64,000 nt of DNA, taken from positions 352,001 through 416,000 of the forward strand of contig CBDCTA010000022.1 of NCBI GenBank assembly GCA_965221955.1. Reading direction: 5' to 3'. This document shows positions 10,394 to 19,804 of this stretch, in pieces. A program made the translations under genes and the position numbers. The DNA comes from Gammaproteobacteria bacterium. GTDB lineage: Bacteria; Pseudomonadota; Gammaproteobacteria; UBA4575. Under the pieces are notes generated by a model. It saw only the letters and a program-made list of their open reading frames with translations. It was not told the DNA's origin and did no database searches. The first letter of the stretch is position 1. Every line of letters begins with the position of its first letter.

Positions 10394-11740
10394 TTAGAAC
10401 CACTGAACAATACCAAGCTGCCAGTTCTCTTCTTCTCCACCTTGGATTATGCCATTTGAGAGAATTCCAAAGCCGTTAGCAGAGTTGCTGTCGTTGTCGA
10501 CCTCACCCCATACTAAGCGCAGTTCAGTACCTGCTGGCATGGTGTAGTAAAGTCCAAGTGAAAGTGCATCAGCACCCGAGCTAGACTCACTGATACCATT
10601 ACAGTCATTTCCAGCAGTTAGACTACCGCCGCCACAATCAAAGTCATCAGCATCTTGATACATGAAACGGAAGTCTAGTGGCCCAGGAAAGTCATGCTTA
10701 CCTGAGATTAACCAAACATCACGCTCCACATCAACTGAGTTAGTTGCATTTTGAGTGAAATCAAATGGTCCGTTCGCAGCACCTATACCAACACCACCAG
10801 CACAATCATCCCATTCCCAAGACATTTCTTCATAAGCGAGAGAAATACGAGTGGAATGGCCATTGCCCCAGTCGTGAATATAACGACCGGCAATACGCCA
10901 AGTGTCATCATCAGAATCCGAACAGGCAAAGTCTACAGCAGCCCACTCATCATGTTGTTGATAACCAAAACCTAACCACAGTTCATCATTGCCGATGTTA
11001 TGCGTATATGCTGCTCCAATGGATAAGAGAGTAGGGTCATGCTCGGCAACATTTCCAAGGTTATCGATAACCTGAACTTCATCATTACCGCCCGCAACTG
11101 TGTGATTGGACCAGCCTACGCGAAGATGTAGACCACCCCAGTTAGGTGAGAACCACTGATACATTTCAGGCTTACGGCGCATGAAGCCTTGGTTTCCAAT
11201 GCCGGCAGCATCAAAACCACCGTTACCATATGCTTGACCAAAGCCACCTAGTCCCATAAGAGTGGAGTGGGTATGTTGGCCTGCATCATAGAAAGGATCA
11301 ATCCATTGTGCAGTGACTTCATTATAAGGGGTCAACCATGCTGAGAACATTACTTCTCCCCACGGTCCGGATAGACCCATTTTACTGTTACGGCTACACC
11401 AGTTATTAAACGCTGCATCACTGAAGCGGTTAAAGAAAGTGAACTGTTCACATTGAAAGTTTGCTTTCACTGCAGTGCCCGCTACGGATACACCAGTGTC
11501 AATCGATGCAGCAAAACCTAGGTTAGCCGCTTCATTTTCCATTTTGATGGAGTCGCGCTCTCTAGTCCCACCGTTTAGATCAACTGTATCAAACTCATTA
11601 AAGTTCAATGACCAGTTCTGCCATCCGTAGATGGTCCAGTTTGAATTAGCGTTGCCGCCACCTACACCACCGGCGATTGACGCTAAAGGCGTCACCGCAA
11701 GTGCTAATGCAGCAGCAGCTCCGATAAGTTTAGTTTTCAT
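10394..11740 (-). CDS. Gram-negative outer-membrane porin
   Basis: Signal peptide, WTIYG first strand, RNSKMGLSGPWGEV, C-terminal LGIVQWF; strong RBS GAGGAG. Confidence 0.85.
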   Translation of the reverse strand: MKTKLIGAAAALALAVTPLASIAGGVGGGNANSNWTIYGWQNWSLNFNEFDTVDLNGGTRERDSIKMENEAANLGFAASIDTGVSVAGTAVKANFQCEQFTFFNRFSDAAFNNWCSRNSKMGLSGPWGEVMFSAWLTPYNEVTAQWIDPFYDAGQHTHSTLMGLGGFGQAYGNGGFDAAGIGNQGFMRRKPEMYQWFSPNWGGLHLRVGWSNHTVAGGNDEVQVIDNLGNVAEHDPTLLSIGAAYTHNIGNDELWLGFGYQQHDEWAAVDFACSDSDDDTWRIAGRYIHDWGNGHSTRISLAYEEMSWEWDDCAGGVGIGAANGPFDFTQNATNSVDVERDVWLISGKHDFPGPLDFRFMYQDADDFDCGGGSLTAGNDCNGISESSSGADALSLGLYYTMPAGTELRLVWGEVDNDSNSANGFGILSNGIIQGGEEENWQLGIVQWF

Positions 11741-11905
11741 GAAGATACTCCTCTTCGTTAACTAAGGTTTAAAGATAAAAGAAAAATACTCGAGTAATTT
11801 TCCTAAAGAGATTGCACACACTTTTTTGGTAACAACCTCAATCTTTAAACAAAGAAATAAGGTGCTTCCCTCCCTCTGTATGATTCATCTCAATCTGTAG
11901 CAAAC

Positions 11906-12107
11906 CGCTGTATCCTTACAACAACTCACACAGACCAAACACAACAGACGTTGTATTTGTGCGACAGATTGCCTTTAGATGAGAGGTAAGTCAACAAAGA
12001 TATGTGGCTATTTTGCAACAAATTGCCAAAAAATAGTGGATTTAAAGGTGTTTGAGTATCAACTGGTTTTAACTAAAGTGAACTAATCTTGTTGTATATT
12101 CACAACA
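11906..12107. promoter_or_regulatory. Four 18-bp imperfect palindromes (TGTTGY-N6-RCAACA) upstream of the porin
   Basis: 11906 CGCTGTATCCTTACAACA; 11949 CGTTGTATTTGTGCGACA; 12003 TGTGGCTATTTTGCAACA; 12090 TGTTGTATATTCACAACA. Confidence 0.6.
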
Positions 12108-12522
12108 ATATAGATATTCACCTGTATGTAATTGATTTTAATGAAAGAATATTCAGAAACTCAAATGTAGTTTCTTGGGAGAACAACTGGGGCCTAATTC
12201 TTGTTCAGAAACTAGTCATAAATAGGCCTAGATCAAAAATACTAATTTTTTATGTAGAAACAGCTGTAGAGCTAGGGTTTGTCGGTCTCCTTTATGTATT
12301 AATCTGCTGCACCCTGCGAAAATCTCATTATCTTATATATATTATTTAGATCAATAATTGTGGATGGACAAATTGGATGTCTATAAATTTACTCATCGCA
12401 CTTTTTATACTTGTTGTGGGTGCAGTGGTATTAATTTGGAATTAATACTAAACATCAAAAGCCATAGAATTCACCACACCTTAGTTAATAGTAGAATCCT
12501 GCTTTGTGAAAAAGCTCGGTAA

Positions 12523-12936
12523 TTAATGTAGCCCAGATGTAATTTTTTCTATAGGCGTAAAACTTAATTTTTCTTCAGCTTGATATTCACGATCAAAGAT
12601 AAGTTCAATAGAAATCTCTCCATCTTTTTCAATCGCTTTAATTTGTTTGAGATCTGGCAAGGTATTGGCAACGTAGGCACAACTTGCAGCAGCAAGTACT
12701 TCTTCATCATTTAATATGGCTGAAATTAAATTAGCAGTTACAAATTCAATTTTTTGTTCAAAGTTAGGATTGTTGATACTTGTATTGCCAAGCTCTAAAC
12801 CTTGATCTAATTTTTTTTCCATTAAGTTCAGAGATTCTAACTGTGCAGGAGAAAGCTTTTTTTCACGATCGTATTCAAGTATCGGTGAGCCATTTATTTG
12901 GATGATCAACAGCGAAGCGTTTTTATTTTGCGCCAT
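12523..12936 (-). CDS. Hypothetical protein
   Basis: Likely start ATG 12936 (MAQNKNAS), overlapping the upstream stop (TAATG); ORF track extends to 12975. Confidence 0.7.
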   Translation of the reverse strand: MAQNKNASLLIIQINGSPILEYDREKKLSPAQLESLNLMEKKLDQGLELGNTSINNPNFEQKIEFVTANLISAILNDEEVLAAASCAYVANTLPDLKQIKAIEKDGEISIELIFDREYQAEEKLSFTPIEKITSGLH

Positions 12937-13418
12937 TATATAGAAAAGGATTTTTTGACTGTAATTTGATTGCAAATCTGCTTTTGTAATTTACAAAGTG
13001 TAGCATCAATTACTGAATAGATATCTCCAGTTAAGGCACGCTGGTCGGCTACTAGAGCGTTTAGTTTTAAAGTTGTTGTTATAGTTTTTTCTGAACTTAG
13101 ACCAACACTCATAATTAATTGACTGAGATGTAATAGCAATCCATAGCACTTTTTTGCAAGCTTAGCTTCGTTGTTATTCAGGCCAAATAAATGATCAGCA
13201 TGTGTTTTTGCACAAATAAGTACTGAAAAAAATAAATTCCCTGTTTCGGCTAGCCAAAAAGAATATTCTTGTCCTAGTAAACAACGAAAACGTATGAGAT
13301 GTTTTTTGGTGGGTCGATAATTGCTTTGATTAAAAGGGTCAAATTCAAGTGATTCACGAAGTAATTGGAATATTTCTTCTAATATAAAGCTTGATTCTTG
13401 GGAGGATGAGTCAGTCAT
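12936..13418 (-). CDS. Hypothetical protein
   Basis: 160-aa ORF, same strand and tightly packed between neighbours. Confidence 0.65.
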   Translation of the reverse strand: MTDSSSQESSFILEEIFQLLRESLEFDPFNQSNYRPTKKHLIRFRCLLGQEYSFWLAETGNLFFSVLICAKTHADHLFGLNNNEAKLAKKCYGLLLHLSQLIMSVGLSSEKTITTTLKLNALVADQRALTGDIYSVIDATLCKLQKQICNQITVKKSFSI

Positions 13419-13454
13419 TTAGCGATATGTATCCACAAAAGCCGACTAAAGTGC

Positions 13455-15575
13455 TTATAAAGAGTTTTTAATTTCACGCACTTGTTCAATGCGCTGTGAG
13501 AGCTGCTTATTGTTTGGATCTATAGAGAGGGCTTGTCCGTATAAAAAGAGTGCAATATTGTAATTACGACTTTGAATTTGTTGCTCTGCCCAGTCTACAT
13601 AATAATTCATTAACGAAGACAAACCATGCTTTGCTTGTTGGTTTTGGGGCTGCTGCCTTAAGATACTTTGATAAGCCACATGAGCTTCTTGGTATATTTT
13701 ATAATTTCGTTTGTTTGTATTGATGCCTTCGATGATTTGTGACATTTTTTCATCAGCCGCGAGCAGTAAAGTTTGAATCTCTTTCGAAGAAACATTGTTT
13801 TGAAAGTCGTTCTTATATAATGGTTTTAGTTTTGATTTGACGCCAGAAAGTTGTTGGCGCTCGATATTTTGAATGCTTTTAAGTGCAATGCTGTTGTTAG
13901 GATTAATTTCCAATGCCTTGCGGTAGAAGTATTTTGCACGATCAAAATCATTTCGTTTTGAATAATAATTCGCCCAGTTTAAATATTTATCGCGTACTTT
14001 AGCAATGCCATTAAGTGCTGCTTTATTGTTGGGCTGACTGGCCAATATCTTTTTATAGGTTTCGAACGCATTATCTCCAACTGGTGTCGAAAGTTTTTTA
14101 TTTAAAAGCTGTTGTTCTGCTAGATTCAATAGCTTATTGATCTCAACATCAGGCTTAACTTTGAGCGCTTTTTGTTTTTGTGTTTCAGCGGAAACTGATT
14201 TTTCACTAAGTAGTGATTTATCTAAGTCTCCTAAAACCAGAGGCGCTACTTTTGGCTTTTGAACAGTATTTTCTATATGTGTGTTAGTAGATACCGTATC
14301 AACGTTTGTTTTTACTTCTTCAATTACTGGAAGCTCCCTTGTCTTGTTATCTGCGATTTGTCTAGAGATTGAATCATCAACTACTGGGTCTGTTCCAATT
14401 CGATAGGTAATAAAAAATACAAAGGCTAAAACTAGTATGGCCAAAAGGCCTACTAATGCAGTTAAAGGTTTTTTATCGGCAGAGGTTTTTTTTGCAGCAG
14501 CAGCAGTCCATTGTAGCTGCATAATCTCATCTTCGGTAACAGTGACCTTTTTCGATTCTTGGTTGCTTGGATTTTCTTTTGTAGTCGTGCTGCTTTTATT
14601 ACTTGTCCTGGGCGATTTATTTTTATCAATAACGGTTTCTATTTTAGAAGTAGTTGTAGATGTTTTGGTTTCACGAGTTTGTTTTTTCTTATTCGAGTCA
14701 GATGACGTTGAGTTTTTGACTGGTTTATTATTCGATTGAAGGTCATTAATATATTTATACACCTCATGAGAAGGTGGGTAGGAGCTAGCTAAGCGCAAGT
14801 TTTTATCTTTAGAAAATTGTTGTGCAAAATTAGCTGCACGATTGATAGTATCTTCTGTGATGGTGCTTAGCTGGTCCTTTTTCGTTAAAGCAGCGCACCA
14901 TTCAAGCAGTACATCTAAAATTTGCTTATCAGTTTGAGAAAATTCACAAAGCGCATGTAATGACTCTGGTTTAAATTTCAGATTTTTTATATTTGAAGAA
15001 ATTTTATAGGTTTTGGTTTTTATATAATCGAGGACTTCTTTGTCACCCAAGTCATTGATAGGGCAATGCGTGAGATCACTATCATTTAATGTATCTATTG
15101 TTAAAAGCTGATCTTTAAAGTTTGCCGGCCCGGTTAAAAGCAGTTGAAAACTAGGGTGATCTGTTGCTGAGGTATTTACATGAGAAATCAATGCGCTTAA
15201 AAAATTAATCGGTAAGTAGTCAGCATCATCAAGAATAACAATTAATTTATCTTTTAAATCAGTAGACTTTATGATGAAGTCCTTAATGCTATTTAGTTCA
15301 GGGTTATTAACAGTCGTTTTAGATGGATCTAAAGAGGGTAGATCTTTTCCACAAACAGAAATAATACGATTACTAGACGCAATATCTTTGCTGATGGTAT
15401 GCAATAGAGCGGTCTTACCATTCTGTGCATCTGCAGTGATGAGGATGATTTTTTTACTAGCATTTAATGCAGCAAGCACTGACGCATAGGTATTCTTAAG
15501 TACTTTTTTTGGCACAAGCTGAAGACTAGAAGTATCTTCTAAGGGGTCTGCTTGATTAGGGAGCACAGTACTCAT
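13455..15575 (-). CDS. ExeA-like AAA ATPase domain - low-complexity linker - TM helix - TPR domain protein
   Basis: IILITADAQNGKT (Walker A-like), IVILDDAD (Walker B-like), LLLTGP; TM LTALVGLLAILVLAFVFFI; TPRs YYRK/YRKALEINPNN, QALSIDPNN. Confidence 0.75.
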   Translation of the reverse strand: MSTVLPNQADPLEDTSSLQLVPKKVLKNTYASVLAALNASKKIILITADAQNGKTALLHTISKDIASSNRIISVCGKDLPSLDPSKTTVNNPELNSIKDFIIKSTDLKDKLIVILDDADYLPINFLSALISHVNTSATDHPSFQLLLTGPANFKDQLLTIDTLNDSDLTHCPINDLGDKEVLDYIKTKTYKISSNIKNLKFKPESLHALCEFSQTDKQILDVLLEWCAALTKKDQLSTITEDTINRAANFAQQFSKDKNLRLASSYPPSHEVYKYINDLQSNNKPVKNSTSSDSNKKKQTRETKTSTTTSKIETVIDKNKSPRTSNKSSTTTKENPSNQESKKVTVTEDEIMQLQWTAAAAKKTSADKKPLTALVGLLAILVLAFVFFITYRIGTDPVVDDSISRQIADNKTRELPVIEEVKTNVDTVSTNTHIENTVQKPKVAPLVLGDLDKSLLSEKSVSAETQKQKALKVKPDVEINKLLNLAEQQLLNKKLSTPVGDNAFETYKKILASQPNNKAALNGIAKVRDKYLNWANYYSKRNDFDRAKYFYRKALEINPNNSIALKSIQNIERQQLSGVKSKLKPLYKNDFQNNVSSKEIQTLLLAADEKMSQIIEGINTNKRNYKIYQEAHVAYQSILRQQPQNQQAKHGLSSLMNYYVDWAEQQIQSRNYNIALFLYGQALSIDPNNKQLSQRIEQVREIKNSL

Positions 15576-15971
15576 GTATCTGTCTATTGGGGAATTTTTT
15601 CAAGGTGTTAATAATATAGTACTAAACCTAACTATCAGTAGTGCTTCTTAGTCTATTTTCACAATATTGGAATATATACGTGAAATAATTGACTGCATCG
15701 AAAAAATTGCTATGAATTCAGCACAAAACCCATAAAATTATAGTGGTCATTTTATGCGATTTGGTGATATTGAGATTTAGCATAAAATCGCATGGGTAAA
15801 AAAAAGTACTAGGACATTACTGATAAATTTAAACCACAGCCTAAGAATATGGCTAAAAATTAGCTACACACATACAATTCACATGGCTACGTTACAGATC
15901 AAACTAGATTAGCTTAATTCACTAAACGACATCTAAACAGAAACAATCAAACATTGATTGAAGGAGATATT

Positions 15972-17261
15972 GTGAGCGAGAAAACACAACAAGGATTTTC
16001 CACACGCGCTATTCATGCCGGTGCTTCACCTGATCCATCCACAGGGGCACGAGGGACGCCTATTCATCAGAGTACAGCCTTTGTATTTAAAGACGCGGAT
16101 CATGCAGCGGCGCTATTTGGTCTAGAAGAATTTGGTTATATCTATTCACGTTTAACGAATCCCACGGTCGCTGTATTTCAAGATCGTATGGCAAGTTTAG
16201 AAGGCGGAGTTGCTGCGGTTTGTACTGCCTCTGGTCATTCAGCTCAATTGCTCGCATTGTTCGCGTTAATGAATAGTGGGGATGAATTTGTAGCTTCGAA
16301 TAAATTATATGGTGGATCCATTACTCAATTTGGACACAGCTTTAAGAAGTTTGGTTGGAAAGTTACTTTCGTTGATCCTATCGATCCAGAAAACTTCCGC
16401 AAAGCAATTAATGAAAATACTAAAGCAGTGTTTACAGAAAGCTTAGCGAATCCTGGTGGTGTGATTTGCGACATTGAAGCGATTGCAGCTATCGCTCATG
16501 AAGCAGGAATTCCATGCATTGTGGATAACACTTTGCCTTCTCCGGCTTTATGCAGACCAATCGAATATGGTGCAGATATTATTGTGCATTCAACAACTAA
16601 ATTTATTTCTGGCCACGGCAATGCTATGGGCGGAGTGGTTATAGATAGTGGTAATTTTGATTGGTCTCAAAATGACAAATTTCCAGGTTTAGTAGAAAAT
16701 TGTGAGGCGTACCATGGACTAAAATTTCATGAAACGTTTGGCAATATGGCCTACGCAGTGTTTTGTATCGCAGTAGGTTTGCGAGATCTGGGTCCCAGCA
16801 TGGCGCCAATGAATGCTTATCTGTCTATTACCGGTGCAGAAACGCTGCCTTTACGTATGCAAAAACATGCAGATAATGCATTGAAAGTTGCTAAGTGGTT
16901 ACAAGGAAACTCTAAAGTTAGTTGGGTGTCCTACGCTGGATTAGACGATAGCGAATTCAACTCCTTAGCCAAAAAATATTGTCCTGATGGTGCAGGTTCT
17001 GTATTTACCTTTGGTGTAACGGGTGGCTACGATATGGGACTAGGTATTGTGAGCAACTGCAAATTGTTATCCCACTTAGCCAATATTGGTGACACACGTT
17101 CACTTATTATTCACCCAGCATCAACAACACATCGTCAGCTCACAGAAGAACAACAAATCTCTGCGGGTGCAGGCCCTGATGTAGTGCGTTTATCGATTGG
17201 CTTGGAAGATGCGGAAGATATTATCGCTGATCTTGATCAAGCCATTAGCGCTAGTAGTTAA
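15972..17261 (+). CDS. metY: O-acetylhomoserine aminocarboxypropyltransferase / sulfhydrylase
   Basis: YIYSRLTNPT, HSTTKFISGHG (PLP lysine), HLANIGD, HPASTTHRQL; GTG 15972 follows RBS AAGGAG. Confidence 0.93.
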   Translation: MSEKTQQGFSTRAIHAGASPDPSTGARGTPIHQSTAFVFKDADHAAALFGLEEFGYIYSRLTNPTVAVFQDRMASLEGGVAAVCTASGHSAQLLALFALMNSGDEFVASNKLYGGSITQFGHSFKKFGWKVTFVDPIDPENFRKAINENTKAVFTESLANPGGVICDIEAIAAIAHEAGIPCIVDNTLPSPALCRPIEYGADIIVHSTTKFISGHGNAMGGVVIDSGNFDWSQNDKFPGLVENCEAYHGLKFHETFGNMAYAVFCIAVGLRDLGPSMAPMNAYLSITGAETLPLRMQKHADNALKVAKWLQGNSKVSWVSYAGLDDSEFNSLAKKYCPDGAGSVFTFGVTGGYDMGLGIVSNCKLLSHLANIGDTRSLIIHPASTTHRQLTEEQQISAGAGPDVVRLSIGLEDAEDIIADLDQAISASS

Positions 17262-17311
17262 TATTTATTATTAACAATCTCAGGCCGCATAACTTTATGC
17301 CATGAGAATTT

Positions 17312-17347
17312 AAAGTAGCACAAACACTCTGCATGCTTGTGCTACTT
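17312..17347 (+). terminator. Hairpin downstream of metY, possible terminator
   Basis: Arms AAGTAGCACA / TGTGCTACTT with a long loop; no clear U tract. Confidence 0.4.
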
Positions 17348-17747
17348 CATCTGCGTCGTCAAAAATCCGATTTTTTTATCTAACACGTAGTATCTGAGAT
17401 AAAACGTTAGTTTTTCCGGATAAATGGAGCCTAGTAAAACGCTTCAGCTTGTATAGTTTGCTTAGCCATAATTAACCACTGGAGTTGGAATTCATCGTTA
17501 ATTAGCGGTTTACGCTTTTCACCCAAATGCAGATAGATCTGTCTATTTAGTCCGAAAATTAAGCCCTTTCAGTGCGTTAGCAGCTTATTAAAAATTGTGA
17601 ATATCGAATAATTCATGTCGAATACACCTTAATTAACGCGCGCCTATTCACATTACTTATGGTAAAGCTGAACGCAGATAAAACGAATAGAAAATAAATC
17701 AATCTAAATTTGCGACAACCTAACAATTAATTTTTGAGGTCAACAAC

Positions 17748-18248
17748 ATGAACACACGTATATTGAGTAAAATTGCATTACTGGTTTTTATTATCCTGCC
17801 ATTCAGCGTTTCTGCGATATCTGTTGGTGACACGGTGCCTTCGTTTAAGGCGCGTACTCTTGATGGTTCTAAAAATGTTGCAGTGGAAGATTATCGTGGC
17901 AAAGTTGTACTCATTGATTTTTGGGCTTCATGGTGTCCACCATGCTTAAAGTCATTACCAAAATATGATGATCTACGCAGAGAAATTGGTACTAGCGACT
18001 TTGAAATTGTTGCAGTCAATGTAGATGAAAATGTTGAAGATGCTAAAAAGTTCCTTGCTAAGCATCCGGTAAGTTACCCAATCGCAAAAGACCCTAAAGG
18101 TGTATTACCTGGTGTATTTGGTGTGAAAGCCATGCCTACTTCATATCTTGTAGACAAAAATGGTGTGGTAAAATATGTGCATGCAGCTTTCAAAGAAGGT
18201 GATATTGAAAAACTTAGGGCGGAAATTGAAAAGTTGATTGCTCAATAA
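17748..18248 (+). CDS. TlpA-family exported thioredoxin-like disulfide reductase
   Basis: Signal peptide; DFWASWCPPC; cis-Pro motif AMPTSYLVD. Confidence 0.92.
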   Translation: MNTRILSKIALLVFIILPFSVSAISVGDTVPSFKARTLDGSKNVAVEDYRGKVVLIDFWASWCPPCLKSLPKYDDLRREIGTSDFEIVAVNVDENVEDAKKFLAKHPVSYPIAKDPKGVLPGVFGVKAMPTSYLVDKNGVVKYVHAAFKEGDIEKLRAEIEKLIAQ

Positions 18249-18270
18249 AGTAATGCGATAAACTATTAAT

Positions 18271-18480
18271 ATGAAAATTGTTTTTAGTATTTTAATAATT
18301 TCTATACTCACTACTGCTTGTACTTCAATACAGCCATGGGAGCGAGGGATATTGGCGAAACCTGAAATGGCTTGGGAACCTGATCCTCTGATGGGTCAAC
18401 TACAAGAACATGTCTATTTTAGTAAAGAAGGGTCTAATGGCGGTTATGGCGCAGGTGGTGGAGGTTGTGGTTGCAATTAA
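18271..18480 (+). CDS. DUF4266-type small lipoprotein
   Basis: Lipobox LTTAC, QPWERG, C-terminal GGGGCGCN. Confidence 0.85.
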   Translation: MKIVFSILIISILTTACTSIQPWERGILAKPEMAWEPDPLMGQLQEHVYFSKEGSNGGYGAGGGGCGCN

Positions 18481-18528
18481 TCTGATGTTCCTTGCTTAGC
18501 ATATTTTAGAGCGCATAAATTAAAATAA

Positions 18529-19740
18529 ATGAGTAAAAAATCGAGCAGTATTAGTCCTGCCTTAGCTGCACTTACCACTGCAGCAATGGCATTGCCGGGC
18601 ATTACCCCGACTGTTAAAGCAGGTGTGGCTGCAAACGAACCAAAGTTGTCTTTGGCATACACACGCTATGACGAAGATTCCATTCCGAGTGGAGATGCTG
18701 ATCCCGTTGCAGGTGACCGCGATCGTTATGAAATCGATGTGGCACAAATTCAGTTTCTATATCCTATTAATGATAAATGGCAAATCACCTCAGGATTTGT
18801 TTACGATGATATGAGTGGTTCCTCTCCGTGGTATGTGCGTCCTGATGTGAGTGGTGATCCATTAGTAGTCATGAGTGGCGCGACCATCGATGATACCCGT
18901 TATGATTTCAGTGTGGGTGCAGAATACTTTGGCGATACCTTTACCATTGCGCCTAGCATTGGTTATTCAACTGAAAAAGACTATGAAGCGATTAGTGGTT
19001 CAATTGAAGTTGAATATGAATTTCCTAATAAAGCTACCTCATTACGAGGTGGCATAGCTGTGTCATTCGATGAAATTGACCCTACGCAAAATGATTCACG
19101 TACACGCGTCAATAATGAAGATAAAGAGAACTATTCAATCTTTGGTGGGTTAACCCAAGTCATTAATAAGCACACCATATTGCAAACGACTTTAGGTGTG
19201 TCTTATTTTGATGGGTTTTTGTCCGACCCCTATAAACAAGTGTCAGTAGGACCACCAACTGGAATTACTTTGTTTGATGATAATAGGCCTGATGATCGCA
19301 CACAGTATACGTTTGCCGCTCGTTTACGTAGATATTCTGAGCTATTTGGAGCAGCCTTTCATGTGGATTATCGATTTTATTATGATGACTGGGATGTACG
19401 CTCACACACACTAGATCTTGGCATGCATAAAGTCACCGATAGTGGCTGGGCGTTTGATACCTCTTTGCGTTATTACTCACAAACGCAGGCAGATTTTTAT
19501 GAGCCTTTTTATAATGTATTGCCAGCAGATGGTGAAGTTTCAAGTGACTATCGACTCTCACCCTATGGTGCGATTTCTTTACGCTTAGGTGTATCTGAAA
19601 CCATCGGTGATTGGACAGTTAAACTAGCTGCAGAGCGTTATGTCAGTGATAAATCTTATTCGGTGCAAAGTGTGGATGTAGAAAATCCTGCATTACTTGA
19701 TTTCACCCAGTTCACCTTTGGTGTCGATTATAGTTTTTAA
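18529..19740 (+). CDS. DUF3570-type outer-membrane beta-barrel protein
   Basis: Signal peptide, DDMSGSSPWY and MSGAT motifs, GFLSDPYK, YRFYYDDW, C-terminal YSF; context TlpA/DUF4266/ApbE. Confidence 0.8.
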   Translation: MSKKSSSISPALAALTTAAMALPGITPTVKAGVAANEPKLSLAYTRYDEDSIPSGDADPVAGDRDRYEIDVAQIQFLYPINDKWQITSGFVYDDMSGSSPWYVRPDVSGDPLVVMSGATIDDTRYDFSVGAEYFGDTFTIAPSIGYSTEKDYEAISGSIEVEYEFPNKATSLRGGIAVSFDEIDPTQNDSRTRVNNEDKENYSIFGGLTQVINKHTILQTTLGVSYFDGFLSDPYKQVSVGPPTGITLFDDNRPDDRTQYTFAARLRRYSELFGAAFHVDYRFYYDDWDVRSHTLDLGMHKVTDSGWAFDTSLRYYSQTQADFYEPFYNVLPADGEVSSDYRLSPYGAISLRLGVSETIGDWTVKLAAERYVSDKSYSVQSVDVENPALLDFTQFTFGVDYSF

Positions 19741-19804
19741 TTTTCTTTCCTAAGTCAAAATTCTAGTACACTTTAAGGCACGTTGATTTTCTGGAGCTTC
19801 CTGC

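Noticed and set aside
12132-12145. 9/10 FNR-like TTGATTTTAATGAA
   Set aside because: About 390 bp from the porin start, in very AT-rich DNA and outside the hypoxia locus; plausible by chance
12089-12349. 86-aa ORF upstream of the porin
   Set aside because: TTG start inside a regulatory palindrome, no RBS, AT-rich intergenic character
15576-15971. Possible SAM/SAH riboswitch or Met box upstream of metY
   Set aside because: Only short AT-rich inverted repeats (CATAAAAT / ATTTTATG); no riboswitch consensus recognisable by eye; an Rfam/Infernal search would settle it
17262-17747. Long intergenic region as possible sRNA or small gene
   Set aside because: Apart from one hairpin I saw no recognisable structure or credible ORF
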